This document shows positions 11,165 to 24,498 of a DNA stretch of 64,000 bases, one piece after another. How positions within the stretch are numbered: position 1 is the stretch's first letter; every line of letters begins with the position of its first letter. The notes under the pieces were generated by a model. It saw nothing but the letters and a program-made list of their open reading frames with translations, was not told the DNA's origin and made no database searches. The stretch comes from Neoechinorhynchus agilis (lineage: Eukaryota > Animalia > Acanthocephala), in contig CM121342.1 of assembly GCA_051530055.1 (NCBI GenBank), forward strand, positions 14,523,480 to 14,587,479, written 5' to 3'. The translations under genes and the position numbers were made by a program.

Positions 11165-14100
11165 GATAATTACAATACCATTAGAAAATATACAAAGGCA
11201 AAAAGATATACCTTTGCAACGTGATGAACACGAACACACGGAAACGAATACCCAGGAAGTGTTTATAAAACAAATACATACGAATGAGTTCAAAGACGAA
11301 AAAGAAAGGAATGAACACAAGTAAATTGAGAATAGCGAGCGAACTGGAGAAATCGTTGCTAAAACAGGTAAATTCGAATGATTACAAAGGCAAATTATAT
11401 ACGTTTTTAACGTCATGAACACGAACACAAACAAACGAGAACCTAGAAAGTGTTCATAGAACAAACACATACAAATGTGTTTCAATACGCACAAGAATTT
11501 TTTTTAAGGAGTGAACACAATGAAATTGAGACTAGCGAGCGAACTGGAGAAATCGTTCCTGAAACAGGTAAATTCGAATGATCACAAAGGCAAAAGATAA
11601 ACGTTTGCAACGTCATGAACACAAACACACACAAACACACACAAACGAATGCACAAAAAGGGTTTATAGAACAAACACATGCCAATGAATTCCAATACGA
11701 ACAAGAACACTTTTTGTTAAGGACTGAACACAATGAAATTGAGACTAGCGAGCGAACTGGAGAAATCGTTGCTGAAATAGGTAAATTCGAATGATTACAA
11801 ATGCAAAAGATATACGTTTGCAACGTCATGAAAACAAACACGCACAAACGAGTACACAATAAATGTATACAGAATAAACACATCCGAATGAATTTCAAGA
11901 CGTGCAAGAACACTTTTAACCAAGGAGTGAACCCAACGAAATTAAGTCTAGCAAGCGAACTGAAGAAATCGTTGCTGAAACAGGTAAATTCGAATGATTA
12001 CAAAGGTAAAAGATGTACGTTTGAAAAGTCATGAACACAAACACACAAAAACGAACAGACAAAAAGTGTTTATAGAAGAAACACATGCCAATGAGTTTCA
12101 AGACGCACAAGAAAGGAGTGAACACAAATAAATTGAGACTAGCGAGCGAACTGAAGAAACCATTGCTGAAACAGGTTAATTCGAATGATTACAAATGCAA
12201 AAGATATACGTTTGCAACGTCATGAACACCAACACACAAACGAATGTTCATAGAACAAACACATGCTAATGAATTTCAATACGCACAAGAACACTTTTTG
12301 CCAAGGAGTGAACACAACGAAATTGAGACTAGTTAGCGAACTGAAGAAATCGTTGGTGAAACAGGTTAATTCGAATGATTACAAATGCAAAAGATATACG
12401 TTTGCAAAGTCATGAACACAAACACACACAAACGAATACACAAAAAGTGTTTATAGAACAAACACATGCGAATGAATTTCAATACGAACAAGTACACCTT
12501 TTGTAAGGGAGTGAACACAACGAAATTGAGACTAGCGAGCGAGCTGAATAAATCGTAGCTGAAACAGGTTAATTCGAATGATTACAAAAGCACAAGGTAT
12601 ACGTTTGCAAAGTCATGAACACATACACAAACAAACGAATACACAAAAAGTGTTTATAGAACAAACACATGTGAATGAGTTTCAAGACGCACAATAACAC
12701 TTTTTCTCAAGGAGTGAACACAACGAAATTGAGACTAGCGAGCGAGCTGAATATATCGTAGCTGAAACAGGTTAATTCGAATGATTACAAAAGCACAAGG
12801 TATACGTTTGCAAAGTCATGAACACAAACACACACAAACGAATGCACAAAAAGTGTTTATAGACAAACATATGTGAATGAGTTTCAAGACGCACAAGAAT
12901 ACTTTTTGTCAAGGAGTGAACACAACGAAATTGAGTATAGAAGGCGAACTGAAGAAATCGTTGCTGAAACAGGTTAATTCGAATGATTACAAATGAAAAA
13001 GATATACGTTTGCAACGTCATGAACACAAACACACACAAACGAATACACAGAAAGTGTTCATAGTACAAACACATGCTAATGAATTTCAATACGCACAAG
13101 AACACTTTTTGCCAAGGAGTGAACACAACGAAATTGAGACTAGTTAGCGAACTGAAGAAATCGTTGCTGAAACAGGTTAATTCGAATGATTACAAATGCA
13201 AAAGATATACGTTTGCAACGTCATGAACACAAACACACGAACGAATACACAAAAAGTGTTTATAGAACAAACACATGCGAATGAGTTTCAAGACGCACAA
13301 GAAAGGAATGAACACAAATAAATTGAGACTAGCGAGCGAACTGAAGAATTCGTTGCTGAGACAGGTAAATTCGAATGATTACAAATGCAAAAGATATACG
13401 TTTGCAAAGTCATGAAAACAAACACACACAAACGAGTACACAAATAGTGTTTATAGAACAAACACATGCGAATGAATTTCAAGACGCACAAGAACACTTT
13501 TTACCAAGGAATGAACCCAACGAAATTGAGTCTAGCAAGCGAACTGAAGAAATCGTTGCTGAGACAAGTAAATTCGAATGATTACAAAGGCAAAAGATAT
13601 ACGTTTGCAAAGGCATGAACACAAGCACACACAAACGAATACACAAAAAGTGTTTATAGAACAAACACATGCGAATGAATTTCAATACGAACAAGAACAC
13701 TTTTTGTCAAGGAGTGAACACAATGAAATTGAGACTAGCGAGCGAACTGGAGAAATCGTTGCTGAAACAGGTAAATTCGAATGATTACAAATGCAAAAGA
13801 TATACGTTTGCAACGTCTAGAACACAAACACACACACAAACGAATACACAAAAAGTGTCTATAGAACAAACACATGCGAATGAGTTTCAAGACGTACAAG
13901 AAAGGAATAAACACAAATAAATTGAGACTAGCGAGCGAACTGAAGAATTCGTTGCTGAGACAAGTAAATTCGAATGATTACAAATGCAAAAGATATACGT
14001 TTGCAAAGTCATGAACACATACACAAACAAACGAATACACAAAAAGTGTTTATAGAACAAACACATGCGAATGAGTTTCAAGACGCACAAGAAAGGAATA

Positions 14101-16430
14101 AACACAAATAAATTGAGACTAGCGAGCGAACTGAAGAATTCGTTGCTGAGACAGGTTAATTCGAATGATTACAAATGCAAAAGATATACGTTTGCAAAGT
14201 CATGAACACAAGCACACACAAACGAATACACAAAAAGTGTTTATAGAACAAACACATGCGAATGAATTTCAAGACGCACAAGAACACTTTTTGCCAAGGA
14301 GTGAACACAACGAAATTGAGTCTAGAAAGCGAACTGAAGAAATCGTTGCTGAAACAGGTTAATTCGAATGATTACAAATGCAAAAGATATACGTTTGCAA
14401 AGTCATGAACACAAACACACACAAACGAATACACAAAAAGTGTTTATAGAACAAACACATGCGAATGAATTTCAATACGCACAAGAACACTTTTTGCCAA
14501 GGAGTGAACACAACGAAATTGAGTCTAGCAAGCGAACTGAAGAAATCGTTGCTGAAACAGGTTAATTCGAATGATTACAAATCAAAAGATATACGTTTGC
14601 AAAGTCATGAACACAAACACACACAAACGAATACACAAAAAGTGTTTATAGAACAAACACATGCGAATGAGTTTCAAGACGCACAAGAAAGGAATGAACA
14701 CAAATAAATTGAGACTAGCGAGCGAACTGAAGAATTCGTTGCTGAGACAGGTTAATTCGAATGATTACAAATGCAAAAGATATACGTTTGCAAAGTCATG
14801 AAAACAAACACACACAAACGAGTACACAAAAAGTGTTTATAGAACAAACACATGCGAATGAGTTTCAAGACGTACAAGAAAGGAATAAACACAAATAAAT
14901 TGAGACTAGCGAGCGAACTGAAGAATTCGTTGCTGAGACAGGTTAATTCGAATGATTACAAATGCAAAAGATATACGTTTGCAAAGTCATGAACACAAAC
15001 ACACACAAACGAATACACAAAAAGTGTTTATAGAACAAACACATGCGAATGAATTTCAAGACGCACAAGAAAGGAATGAACACAAATAAATTGAGACTAG
15101 CGAGCGAACTGAAGAATTCGTTGCTGAGACAGGTTAATTCGAATGATTACAAATGCAAAAGATATACGTTTGCAAAGTCATGAAAACAAACACACACAAA
15201 CGAATACACAAAAAGTGTTTATAGAACAAACACATGCGAATGAATTCAATACGCACAAGAACACTTTTTGCCAGGGAGTGAACACAACGAAATTGAGACT
15301 AGTTAGCGAACTGAAGAAATCGTTGGTGAAACAGGTTAGTTCGAATGATTACAAATGCAAAAGATATACGTTTGCAAAGTCATGAACACAAACACACACA
15401 AACGAATACACAAAAAGTGTTTATAGAACAAACACAGGCGAGTGAATTTCAATACGCACAAGAACACTTTTTGTCAAGGTGTGAATACAGCGAAATTGAG
15501 ACTAGCGAGCGAACTGAATAAATCGTAGCTGAAACAGGTTAATTCGAATGATTACACAATCAAAAGATATACGTTTGGAACGTCATGAACACAAACACGC
15601 ACAAGGGAATGCACAAAAAGTGTTTATAGAAATAACACATGTGAATGAATTTCAATACGCACAAGAACACTTTTTGCCAAGGAGTGAACCAAACGAAATT
15701 GAGTCTAACAAGCGAACTGAAGAAATCGTTGCTGAAACTGGTTAATTCGAATGATTACAAATGCAAAAGATATACGTTTGCAACGTCTAGAACACAAACA
15801 CACACACACAAACGAATACACAAAAAGTGTCTATAGAACAAACACATGCGAATGAGTTTCAAGACGTACAAGAAAGTAATAAACACAAATAAATTGAGAC
15901 TAGCGAGCGAACTGAAGAATTCGTTGCTGAGACAAGTAAATTCGAATGATTACACAATCAAAAGATATACGTTTGGAACGTCATGAACACAAACACACAC
16001 AAGGGAATGCACAAAAAGTGTTTACAGAACAAACACATGCGAATTAGTTTCAAGACGCACAAGAAAGGAATGAACCCAAATAAAATGAGACTAGCGAGCG
16101 AACTGAAGAAATCGTTGCTGAAACAGGTTAATTCGAATGATTACAAATGCAAAAGATATACGTTTTCAAAGTCATGAACACCAACACACAAACAAATACA
16201 CAGAAAGTGTTCATAGAACAAACACAAGCTAATGAATTTCAATACGCACAAGAACATTTTTTACCAAGGAGTGAACCTAACGAAATTAAGTCTAGCAAGC
16301 GAACTGAAGAAACCATCGCTGAAACAGGGAAATTCGAATGATTACAAAGGCAAAAGATACACGTTTGCAACGTCATGAACACAAACACAGACAAACGAAT
16401 ACACAAAAAGTGTTTATAGAACAAACAGGC
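11165..16430. repeat. Tandem array of about 26 units, with long (about 203 bp) and short (about 191 bp) monomers
   Basis: The marker TTCGAATGAT recurs 26 times from 11373 to 16333 at spacings mostly 189-195 or 200-203 bp (one is 213). Short units lack about 12 bp (caagaaaggaatgaac vs caagaacactttttgccaaggagtgaac). Confidence 0.97.
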
Positions 16431-16439
16431 GTATCTCGC

Positions 16440-17940
16440 CCATATTGAAGTTTAAAATAGATTTGACAACTTTTGGATATGAGGCACTTCCAATCCATGA
16501 AGCCGTTTTTGATTTCCAATCAACAAATTTTTTGTTTAAATAATATTCCAACACTTTTTGGAATGAGTGGCGCATTTTAAAAGTTTATTTCTCTCTCTTC
16601 ATTTCATTCCATTATAACGAAGTAAAATATTTGCTTCTAAATAACCAGCTTTTGAATGGTAACCGGTTTCTCTGGCCTCAACCTCCAATTTGGGAAGATA
16701 ATTTAGATTAGAATCAGGTCCCCAAAAACCGAAAACATTGTTCGTTCTTAAAGACAACTCCGAGGCAAGAGAGCATACGTTATTGAAGATGAGGAGGGCT
16801 GAATCTTGAATTACAATTGCAGGTAATTATGATAAAATAATATTGTTAAAAGATGAAGCCGTGCTATTATTAATAACGTAAGACTTGCGATACACCTCCG
16901 GTGCTGGTGTTAATCATGGCATCATGTCCCAAATAATACCCCTCATTATCTCAATCGATCCATTCAAGTTTGATTTCGGATTCCGATAAAAGTTAACCCA
17001 AATCAGACGGTATGATCCTCCATCATTTTTTTTAAGTTGAAAAGGGTTCAAAGTTGACATAATTTGAATGGCAAATTCATAAGTGTGCTTTTCGGAGAAT
17101 ATTTCAGGAGAAATTTCTTTTCTGAGGTAAGACTGCAAACCTCCAAAGAAGTTTGTTCGAGATGATAGAATGAACTAAGTTAAAAAACATTAAAAATTAG
17201 ATGAATTAAAAGAGGGTCTCGATCCCGTTTCTTGTAAGAAACATGCAAAAAAATTCATTTTGCTTCCTTATTATAGAATCTATTTCATTGATTTTATAGG
17301 ATTTACCTATGTTACAAGAGATAAAACGAATTTCATCCATTTGCATGTGGTTTTTTCTGAGGTCCCGAATCCGTTTGACTTAATTCTATACTGGTAATTG
17401 ATATGGCCCTCTTTAGAGCTTCCACAATTTTTGAAGCAACCTTCTCTTCTTTATTGGGTTTCCTGCCCCCAATACCATTGGTAATTTCTTCTAAGGATTT
17501 TAATACCTTCAATCCCTCTTTTAAAGCAGAATTTTCTTTTTTAATTTTTCAAGATCCGACACCACGTTTCTAATTGCATTTGGATTATTATCCAGACGAT
17601 CGGGCTGATTATTGGATAAAGGCGAAACCATAGACTTGCCGGGAGTGGGACTATTATTATTCATGAATAAGTTTAAATATTTTTGGCTTCAACGCACCTT
17701 GTGTCATAGGCTTTGTGGCCTAGACCACAATTAGCACATTTTCTGTGGAATTTATTTCAACATTGACTTGAGAGATGAGCACCACTACAATGCATACAGA
17801 CAACAGCGTGAACGTAATTGAACGCAGTGTGGTCCCATTCTTGGCATTTCCGACATTGGTAAAGGATAAAATCATCAATGGAATTTTTAAATACTGGAAA
17901 AGTAACATTTAAGCCACAGAGTCCGGTTGAAGTAACGTCC
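16440..17940 (-). mobile_element. Highly decayed Jockey/I-type LINE: ORF1 zinc knuckles followed by an APE-like remnant
   Basis: The minus strand at about 17690-17870 reads QCRKCQEWDH...CMHCSGAHLSSQC*...KCANCGLGHKAYDTRC (triple CCHC knuckle). 16914..17138 has LIWVNFYRNPKS, resembling the APE N-YRPP motif. Confidence 0.6.
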
Positions 17941-18387
17941 CTTCTTGTAGCGTTGTTTATATCAGTTTGACCTAATGAGAAACAATTTAAAAAGTGTATT
18001 ATTTTGCGGTTTAAATTAGCGTTATGTAACGTTTTAAATCAATTAATATTATTTTTTAACTTTCTCTTTCTGACGATGCTACTGTTGAGCTTCGCGGTTT
18101 TGTTGGACATCATGTTATTTTTCACGATGAAATTAAATTATAACATTTGGTGATTGTAAATGAACCACTTTTTTTAATACTGTCGCCTGTTGAGAAGCAA
18201 TTCAAAAAGTGTATTATTATTATTGTACGTTTTGGATCAATGTGACGCGACCTCATATCGATCAATATTTATTTCAATGTCGACTCACGTTATTCACTGG
18301 TGTTCGCACTTGTTGTTCGCATTTTTTACAATGTCGGTTGATAGAAAAGAAATCGGTGAGCTCTTGTTTTTCTCCCATATAATTTAA

Positions 18388-19002
18388 ATGATTTTTGATT
18401 GCATAGATTTCGATTTCACTTCTCCAGTCTGCAGACAAGAAGCCGTTAATCAACTACGATTAGCAGAGCAATACTTAAATATGGCACAACAAAAATCAGC
18501 GTACGACGAAATTAAACGGGATACTTCTCAAGATCTATATAAAGATTGTCTTACAACATGCGTGAAAATGTTAAACGTGCGTTTACTTAATGAGTTTCTG
18601 AACGATATCGGTTCGACTAATTGTTTCATCATACTTGGGAACACGTACATATCGCGTATATTTCAGTTCAATCAAACGATTCCACTTGAGTTGAAGCAAG
18701 TGCCAACGTTGTTACGAGCAGCATGTTTGGCGGACATGAGCACGGGGAAGATTGTTTTAGACATTGTGAGGAATATGTTCAGATGGAAACATATTTGGAA
18801 TTGTTTAAAGGATCATAACAATGATGTTCCATGTAATGCACTTCTCAAATTTTATCTTATTACAGGACAGGTTGAGTTTTTCAATCTATACTATATGGCG
18901 ATCTGGGCGGATATTTATTGTGGCGGACGACGAGTCTATGAAATCGCGAATCAATCAGAGATCATCTTGGCCCCTTTCTTGAGGTATTCGTCTATGTGTT
19001 AA
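18388..19002 (+). CDS. Hypothetical 204-aa protein, no recognised family
   Basis: Clean ATG-to-stop ORF of 615 bp in AT-rich surroundings with ordinary globular composition. No motif recognised. Confidence 0.45.
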   Translation: MIFDCIDFDFTSPVCRQEAVNQLRLAEQYLNMAQQKSAYDEIKRDTSQDLYKDCLTTCVKMLNVRLLNEFLNDIGSTNCFIILGNTYISRIFQFNQTIPLELKQVPTLLRAACLADMSTGKIVLDIVRNMFRWKHIWNCLKDHNNDVPCNALLKFYLITGQVEFFNLYYMAIWADIYCGGRRVYEIANQSEIILAPFLRYSSMC

Positions 19003-20508
19003 ATTGTTTTTAGTTTTAACTTTTAATGGGCCTAATAAATCAATACACTCTTTTCCATCACCTAAACAGAATCAACCAAACAAAACAACCAGGAGAATTT
19101 TCCGCTACTTTGACTTTTAGAGCGGACCATTTATTACTTTTTTTAAGTATATTAATCCTCATTTTAATATCGCTTAGAATCAATCGCAAATAGACCGTTT
19201 GTTTATTTTCACATCTCGTGATCTCTAAGATTTGCTCACGTTTCCTTTGTCCTCTTTATCACAAAAGTTGGAGCCGTTTTCTTTTTTATTTTAAAAGTAC
19301 CAAGAGTTTTTAAATATATGCAAAAACCACGTGCGTGATTGATTTTTAAAGGCAATATTAAAACAAATAAGGGAGTTATCTTTAAATTTAACCCTTAGAA
19401 AAATTAGATCAACTTTGGTGCCTCTAAGAAATATTTTAAATTTATTGCACTACGTTCTTTTATCATTACTGTATACACAACGTAAACACTAATATGATAC
19501 TGTTCATATTTGCTCAATCTTGAGACTATTATCTCACGCAATGCTTTAATTCCCATTTTTACATACTTTCCTTTCTTGTATCCCTTATAATATTTGAGAT
19601 TCCCAAAACCTAATTGATACTTAAATCCTTCAGTTTCGCATATACTCTAAAATATGGTTTTTCTCGCAAATCCCTACCACGTTTTTGTGTGAAAACACGT
19701 CCATGATCCTTGCCTACTACATTTATTTTTATTTTTCACCCTCCAATGTATCTTGGTAATGTTTATTTTGCTGATTCCGCGTTAGTGAGCAAGGTTAAAT
19801 CTCAAGACTACCAATATTTAAGTTTCATTTATTTTGGGCAGTTCGCCAGTTGAAACAATAAGATTATTGGCGACTGCCACGATAAGTACTAATTTTTTTA
19901 CTTGTTTTTGTGTAGAAAAAGTGAACATGAGCAGCGATATTTTCTTGAATTTCGAGACGAATATAAGCACTCAAAAAAGCTTGAATGATATCGATTTTAA
20001 GAGATATGTCCGTTTAATTGGTGTTTACTCTTGATTGAAGACACTATAGATCATATTGTTTATAAAATCCTTGCCCAAGCTACGATCGAGGTTAGGTGCG
20101 CACTATTTTCGGTATAGGCAAACTGAGGAATCACACGAAACGAAGCAGTGGAATGATAAGCATCGATCATCTTTGGTAGGCACAAAGATGTAACACCGAT
20201 CACGAACTGTCTAAATCTCCATACTGTTCCCCAAGTTCTCTCAAGTTTTAGACAATTCGCAAAAGACAAGGGATAAGAAGTACAAAACAAAAGTGTGAGA
20301 TCAAACCGAGAGAGAGTTAAGCCCGTAAACACGATGTAACTGAGGATTTTGCTAATCGTTTGTTCTCTTTAGTCCTCGACTCTTAGACATCAAGGAGTCA
20401 CTTTTTCTTTTCCTTTGAGACGCACGTACAAACGGTGGGCTTGTGAGTCATCCTATTACAAAGATACCGGAAAATTCTCGTTGAACTAAAAACAGAAAAG
20501 TAGACCAA

Positions 20509-22197
20509 ATGGGTCATATTCTATCGGAACCGATATGCGACAAAACAACCACAACGCTGGAAACAGACCGATTTCAATGTGCTACATCAACAATGCAGGG
20601 GTGGCGATCGGACATGCAGGATAGGTACTCCAATTTGCTGAAAATCCACGATGATTATCCGGACATTCACTTCTTTGGGATATACGACGGGCATGGTGGT
20701 TTGTTATTTCACAAACAATAGCGATCAAGATTAAGTTTGATGCTTTTAAGGCTCAAGAGTTGCAAAGTTGGCTGCTGATTATTTACATAGGTCCATCGCT
20801 GAGCAAGAATCTTTTGGTACGAAGCTATACTTGAGAGTATTAACTGTTCTTATTATAGCCAAGGAAAACTATCTCAAGGCTATGGAAGATGGATTTCTAG
20901 CGTTTGATGAAAATCTTTCTGACGGTAAGTTTGTTTTTGCTTATGTGTAAACAAGATAAGGATCTTATGCTATAAAAGGGTATAATGACAGCGCAAAATT
21001 TATTTTGCAATGTTCCAACTAAACAAATCTTAATATTATAGCTCAGTAATTCTAATTAGCACGAAGGAGCACATAAAATGCCATGTCGCGAATTTATATT
21101 TTTATTCCTTGACGAAATCTTATTTCGAACACTGATAAAAGGATTACGGTAAACACGAAGGAAATATCCTATCGATAATCATTTACCGATATGCAACGCC
21201 TTCGCTAACAATTTTGTTTTAAATATTTAGAGATGGGCATCGATTTTCAATCACAAGGAACAACAGCGACCGTTTGTATTATCACTCCAAAGTCAGTATA
21301 CACAGTACGTTCTCGTTCGAAAACGCCACCTCAGTATTTTAATCTGAAATTCAAGGCTAACGTAGGAGATTCTGGAGCAATCGCCTGTGTAAAAGGTCAG
21401 CTTCTTGCGCTAACTGTCGATCACAAGCCGGAGGACGTGAATGAAGTTGCGAGGATCTGGGCGGCTGGTGGATATGTCTCAAACGGGCGAGTGAACGGTA
21501 CGTAAAACATAAAAGGTCGTCGAGACTCGTAAAAGCCTTTACATCATAAGCAACCTTACGAAAATATTGAATTTTGACTGTATTTTCTCTTTTGTGCGAA
21601 TATTATCAATTTTTGGCTTACGGTAAAAGCGAAGTCTTTTGATGATCATTACAGTCAATTTAATGGATGCACTATGATACGATTACCAAAAGAAATTACC
21701 GGAATCGATGTGATTTTACATTAACCGCTTTCCGTTCGCAGGTAACCTGGCAATGTCGCGCGCTTTAGGGGACTTTTGCTACAAGAAAAATATTTTAAAG
21801 GAATTTAAAGATCAAATAGTCTCTCGTGAGTCATAAAAAATTGTAAAGATAATTTAGTTTACATTAGAGTCGCCAAATAGCTTTACCGTACGTAATGGAA
21901 TTAGAAGCGAATATAGCTGACCTTGACTTTATATTGATGGCGTCTGATGGAATATGGGAAGTCATGGGTATGCAAGATGTACTCGATTTCGTTAAGGAAG
22001 CATTGAACCGCAATGTACCGCTGGGAGAGGTATACCAAGTGTATATAAAGTGTTTTTAAATCATTCGTTAGATCTGTGAAGCTCTCATGGACCGATGTAT
22101 CGCGAGTGATGCAGATGAAAGTGCAACGGGATGCGACAATATGACGGTTACTTTGATTAGTTTTAAGAATGCTCGTGACAATAGTCCTGACATGTAA
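20509..22197 (+). CDS. Protein phosphatase 2C (PPM family, Ptc2/3- or PPM1A/G-like), multi-exon
   Basis: Motifs MQGWRSDMQD, FFGIYDGHGG, QGTTATV, ANVGDS, LTVDHKP, NLAMSRALGDF, MASDGIWEV, CDNMTV. GT-AG introns include 20699-20750 (52 bp) and a 42-bp in-frame intron. Stop at 22195-22197. Confidence 0.95.
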
Positions 22198-22220
22198 ATT
22201 ATTTTTTTTAATAAAAATAA

Positions 22221-24367
22221 TTATACTCTCATGAGATCTTCGATATCCCGCCTGTTCTTTGGACAGCTGGCAGTCAAGACTTCCACGCCCTTATCAGTCA
22301 CTAATATGTCGTCTTCTATACGTATTCCGATTCCTCTAAATTCATTACGAATTTCATTGTCCGCTTGGGACTCAATATAGAGGCCAGGCTCGACCGTGAT
22401 CACACTATTAGACATTATTTGTCCGTTGTAGGTTGAACAATCATGAACGTCGAGTCCAAGATAGTGTCCAACATGATGCGGACAAAGCTGTCGTCGAACA
22501 CGATTATATGATTCCGATACGCTTATCGACTTATTTTCAAATATGCCTTCCTTTCGGTATCCGGGTTTAGCAGCTTTGGACGTGAAGTTCCACAAATTTT
22601 TGCACAACGATTATGACAGGGAAAAAGGAATTTCTTCGGTTAACGGTATAATGCCTCATATTTGGCGAAATTTTAAGGAATGTGCCCCATGCCAGATATC
22701 CCATACCGAATTCTATAGCTTAAGGTGACAACCCGCCTCTAATTCCGGATCGAACTTCGAAGTCTACCCGCCAAACCAGATACCATTATAATGTAAAGAT
22801 CATCTAGAGTCATACCTGTGCTTACCTTTTCAATAATCTCATGCTGGGTCTCGAGCACAATGTCGTACAAAACCGATTGGTAGTGGCTATATCTGCTAGG
22901 TGATTGACAATCGATCGGAAATGTACGGCTCAGATCACTACAATATTGGGAGTACTCGCATCCAACATCCACAAGAACCAAAGAGCCATTCTTGATTTTT
23001 TCACCGTATGGATCCATGTAATGAAGAGTATTGGCATGATTACCTCCTGCAACAACGGGAATATATGCACTTTGAAAGCCCTGCAGCCTCATCGATAGTT
23101 CAATCATGGCACCTATTGACGCCTCATGTGCCAAATGTGGATTTTTTGATAGGCTTGAATAAGATAAAGGTCCGCCTAAGACAGCTTTTAATTCTTCAGA
23201 CACACCAGAACATGCTTTTCGAATGCAGTCGATTTCAGCGATTGACTTGGAGCTGCGTATATGATGGCATTCCCTTGTTATTTTGTCTCTGACACCGAAA
23301 TTGGAGGTGTTCAAGTGTTGCGATTCGAGCCTGTTCACGAGATCATTGGAATAGGTTCCGATAAGAACAACTTGATCAGGCCGGCAAGAAGATATTTGCT
23401 CAATCACCGTAGAATGGTCAGCGTTTTTTATGGAAGTCAAGCTTTGATCTGAGATAAGATTGGTTAGTATTGAGCTTGTCTTTATACACTCAATAAAGAG
23501 TACAGTATATGTTTGAGATTGAATTGTTCCTGTTTTTATATGGCGGAAAAAATCGAATTAATTTATTGAATCCGACATTTCGAAGGCACAGTCTTGCACG
23601 CCTTTATCAAGGTTGTTAAATTGAGACATTCAAGTGCAGATAACGCACTTTAACAACCTTGATAAAGGCGTACAAGACTGTGCCTTCGAAATGTCGGATT
23701 CAATAAATTACTTCGATTTTTTCCCGCCATATCGAAACAAAAACGATGTGGCTAAGCACCTTTTCAGATGGATTACTATTGCTATGATAAGTGTCAACAT
23801 GACAAAGGTTCTAAAGAAAGCTCAATTCTTTACAGAATCCCTCATTGGCCCGTGCCATCGTCGCTCGTTATCAGACTGCGATCTGACAAAGGCAAAGGAT
23901 TCATGGGCCTTCTCATTGACAAACAAACCAAAGTAGTTTCCGTGATCAGCAAGACCACTGAAGTAGTGTGTATCCGCCTTTGGCTTAAATCTATTCATCA
24001 CTTCCGGTGCTCGATAAGAGAGATCTCCCGTTGAGAAGAGAACGAAAACACTTCCTGTTTGAGCATTTCGAACGCGTTTGGCTAACTCACAGCGTCTGTT
24101 CGTGAATTCATGAGTACTTAGAGCGATGTTCGCGTTTATTGTCGATCTTTTGAGCAGCACGTTAATAACATTCAATGAAGGCGAACGATTTGCGATGTTC
24201 ATCCATATAGAAATCAGCATGTGGGAGAGAGCGCTGGAGTACTAGAGTAAACATTGTAAGTGGAGCAAAGCTGGCAAATCCTTTTTACACGCATGGAACA
24301 ATGTGGTGCTGGTGCTAAAGGAGCACGTAAGGCTGCGACCCATTAACGCGTAATACCAGACCTTCAT
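22221..24367 (-). CDS. XPNPEP3: Xaa-Pro aminopeptidase 3 / Icp55-like (M24B); start codon tentative
   Basis: AMP_N region (RRCELA...YRAPEV...F...ADTHYFSG), then IRSSKSIAEI, VVAGGNHANTLHY, LVDVGCEYSQYCSDLSRTFP, HHVGHYLGLDVHD, TVEPGLY, GIGIRIEDDILVT across ORFs 23822..24220, 22739..23440 and 22221..22607. Confidence 0.9.
23531..23739. mobile_element. Foldback element, family 1 (arms about 85-90 bp), inside an XPNPEP3 intron
   Basis: Left arm atatggcggaaaaaatcgaa...cctttatcaaggttgttaaa is the near-perfect reverse complement of the right arm tttaacaaccttgataaagg...ttcgattttttcccgccatat. Confidence 0.9.
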
Positions 24368-24498
24368 GACTCAAGAGAGAATTATTCGGATTCCCTGTCT
24401 CACAGCTTTGGAACGAATAAACGAGCTTTGAGATCTTCATCAGTAGTGCCTTCTTTTCTGTCCCTTAAAATCCCCTTTAATAACAGGTTTATACGCTG

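Noticed and set aside
13300-15080. TAA in place of GAA in short monomers as a sign of stop-codon reassignment
   Set aside because: Conserved genes in the window (PP2C, XPNPEP3, POLR2C, CTSB) terminate at TAA and I saw no in-frame TAA inside their exons.
11150-16424. Many short ORFs on both strands of the large array taken as individual genes
   Set aside because: They are frame-shifted translations of the same monomer; only the splicing hypothesis in the findings would make them coding.
11165-16430. CRISPR-like regular repeat array
   Set aside because: Units are contiguous with no unique spacers, the context is eukaryotic, and there are no cas genes. The same applies to the 196- and 179-bp arrays.
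19000-20450. AT-rich interval and ORFs 19834..20034 and 20060..20332
   Set aside because: No recognisable motif, repeat match or splice pattern; left unannotated.
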